From NCBI GenBank assembly GCA_963823335.1, contig CAWGLD010000004.1:494817-558816 (forward strand): DNA of 64,000 nt. The letters run 5' to 3'. The notes under the pieces are model-generated. The model ran no database searches. It saw only the letters and a program-made list of their open reading frames with translations, and was not told where the DNA came from. The DNA comes from an uncultured delta proteobacterium. Lineage in GTDB: Bacteria; Desulfobacterota; Desulfobacteria; Desulfobacterales; B30-G6. Shown here one piece after another: positions 62,408 to 64,000 of the stretch (its first letter is position 1; each line of letters opens with the position of its first letter). Both the position numbers and the translations under genes were made by a program.

Positions 62408-62553
62408 GCCATATTTGACCACTGGTCATATTTGACCCAATATTTTTGTGTTGTCTCTCATCTAGGCCAGGACGGCCATTCTGCCAATTATTCATATATT
62501 CAGTGATTTAAAAGAAATACGGCCATCGGGTCCAGCATGGCACGAAAATTGAT
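62408..62553 (+). promoter_or_regulatory. Tandem palindromic activator sites plus sigma54-like promoter
   Basis: GG(C/T)CATATTTGACC twice (62408-62438) and TGGCACGAAAATTGAT at 62538-62553. Confidence 0.6.
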
Positions 62554-62725
62554 AGTATTCTTGATGGCGCTTGGTAAAAACAACACCATGCTGAAAAGAG
62601 AAGAAAAAAGACCGATAAATTGAAATACGCCAGCTGTCAACCCGGCAGAAGAAAACTGGCGCCGCAACTGTCTTTCATCTGCAATCATGCGTGATATGCG
62701 CTGGTTTGTGCAAAGGGAGAATTTT

Positions 62726-63055
62726 ATGATTTTCGTTCGAATTACCATGAACGTGCTTCAGGAAAAGCAGCTGGAAGTCACCCAGACCCTTCTCTCCATG
62801 ATCGAGCCGACCTGCGAGGAATCGGGTTGCTTAAGCTATGCTGTGTCCTGCGATATCGAAAATAAGAATGTTTTCAACATCCTCGAGGAATGGCAATCCC
62901 GCGAGGATTTGGATTGTCATATTAGATCGGAACGATTCAGGGCCCTGCTTGGGACAAAAAGTCTTTTGGGGCAACCGCTGGATTTTCAGATTCATACGGT
63001 TTCCCTGTCGGAAGGAATGGAGGCAATCCAGGCTGCCAGGAACAAACGAAGCTGA
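62726..63055 (+). CDS. ABM-domain (putative quinol monooxygenase) protein
   Basis: ESGCLSY, EEWQSREDLDCHIRSERF. Confidence 0.82.
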   Translation: MIFVRITMNVLQEKQLEVTQTLLSMIEPTCEESGCLSYAVSCDIENKNVFNILEEWQSREDLDCHIRSERFRALLGTKSLLGQPLDFQIHTVSLSEGMEAIQAARNKRS

Positions 63056-63173
63056 TCGGAACCTTAGAATTGGTGGAAGGGGTATATCATCAGTTTAAAA
63101 TAGTGGATCATCTCCAAAAGAGTTGATCTAAAAGAAGGATTCAAGGAGTCCAGGATTCCAGGATTCAAGTGAT

Positions 63174-63417
63174 ATGCTTAAAAATTATAAAGAGTTAAAC
63201 GTTTGGCAGAAATCGTACGCCCTTTGTTTGCATATTTATAAAATCACGAAAGGTTTTCCAAAGGATGAAATATATGGTTTGACCTCCCAAATCAGAAGAT
63301 CTGCTGTTTCCATACCATCGAATATCGCCGAGGGATACGGGAGAAAAACGACCATAGAGATGGAGAATGCTGAAAGCGTTAATCAAATCCCTGGAAAGCA
63401 AACACTTGGATCCTTGA
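63174..63417 (+). pseudogene. Four-helix-bundle protein (23S rRNA IVS / Avd-like) with internal deletion and frameshift
   Basis: YKELNVWQKS..FPKDEIYGLTSQIRRSAVSIPSNIAEG, then the terminal RMLKALIKSLESKHLDP follows in another frame. Confidence 0.8.
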
Positions 63418-63704
63418 CTCCTTGACTCCTGGAACCCTTTCTCCCAACTAATTGGGAGAAGATCCACAAAGGATTACATCAATATTGATACCCTGGGAGG
63501 AAAATATGGCAGACCTTTTGAAAGATAATGTTGAGACATATGTCAGAGAACTGATCGCTAAGGAGTTCGAATCCATCAACAATAAAGACAAATTTTCTTC
63601 GGACAAGCGGAAATTAAATAAGGGTGAACAGCGGAATGAGCAAAAGCGACCCATATGGAGTTGTTCATCAAATAGCAAATAACGGAAAAAACGGATGAAT
63701 AGAA

Positions 63705-63821
63705 ATGAACAGTAAACTGATACTTGGCACCGTCCTTGCTGGATTGGCAGTATTGTTCATCATCCAGAATGTCATGGTCGTAGAGCTGAAGTTTTATTCT
63801 GGCGGCTGCCGTTTGGTTTAA
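63705..63821 (+). pseudogene. LapA/DUF1049-like membrane protein fragment
   Basis: MNSKLILGTVLAGLAVLFIIQNVMVVELKF, with the expected LFW in a shifted frame. Confidence 0.5.
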
Positions 63822-63834
63822 AAGGAGCTCTAAA

Positions 63835-64000
63835 ATGAAAAAAATAGTGATTCAAACGAATTCTCTGGAAAGAAGCGGCAATTTGGTGTCTTGCCTGCGT
63901 ACGCTATTTCCAACATGTGAGATCGAAATGCAATTAGTGGAAATGGAGCGCTATGAAGATATTTCGAGAAAGCCTGAGTCTGAACCGAAACAGCGAGCGC
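63835..64000 (+). CDS. Small hypothetical protein running off the window (ends in a REP-like copy at 63981-64000)
   Basis: AGGAG RBS and MKKIVIQTNS..LRTLFPTCEI. Confidence 0.45.
   Translation, partial: MKKIVIQTNSLERSGNLVSCLRTLFPTCEIEMQLVEMERYEDISRKPESEPKQRA

Overview
A 64-kb chromosomal segment that reads like a deltaproteobacterial sulfate reducer (Desulfobacterales-like, inferred from gene content only). Positions 1-1154 are the end of an integrated element: a DUF6516/TumE-like toxin plus wHTH antitoxin, arm-type repeats, an IHF box and a 3' tRNA-Glu fragment. About 2-39 kb is mostly ordinary: TrxB-like oxidoreductase, deacetylase + GNAT, sulfatase, TamB/Omp85, a YeiH-family transporter beside a heme-c sensor and sigma54 regulator, a sugar ABC system + ROK kinase, mpl and hemL. 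It is sprinkled with MITEs, REP-like palindromes and remnants of an IS200 and a group II intron. After tRNA-Lys (39327-39403) comes an accessory region with two standout signals. (1) A hidden selenoprotein operon that the ORF track fragments: a 165-aa HMA/2Fe-2S fusion with three in-frame UGAs at conserved Cys positions (GMT-U-MG-U and NPKGR-U-C) and a 176-aa thioredoxin-like protein with a C-P-L-U motif. (2) A cassette-like array (about 40.1-52.6 kb) in which unrelated cargo genes are separated by copies of one ~180-bp non-coding repeat that is neither attC nor CRISPR and carries a promoter-like and a Rex/CRP-like motif. The window ends with a radical SAM gene, csp, dksA, cyanophycin genes cphB-cphA, a sigma54 activator with its target, and a broken four-helix-bundle gene. 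All calls were made by eye, with no database searches.
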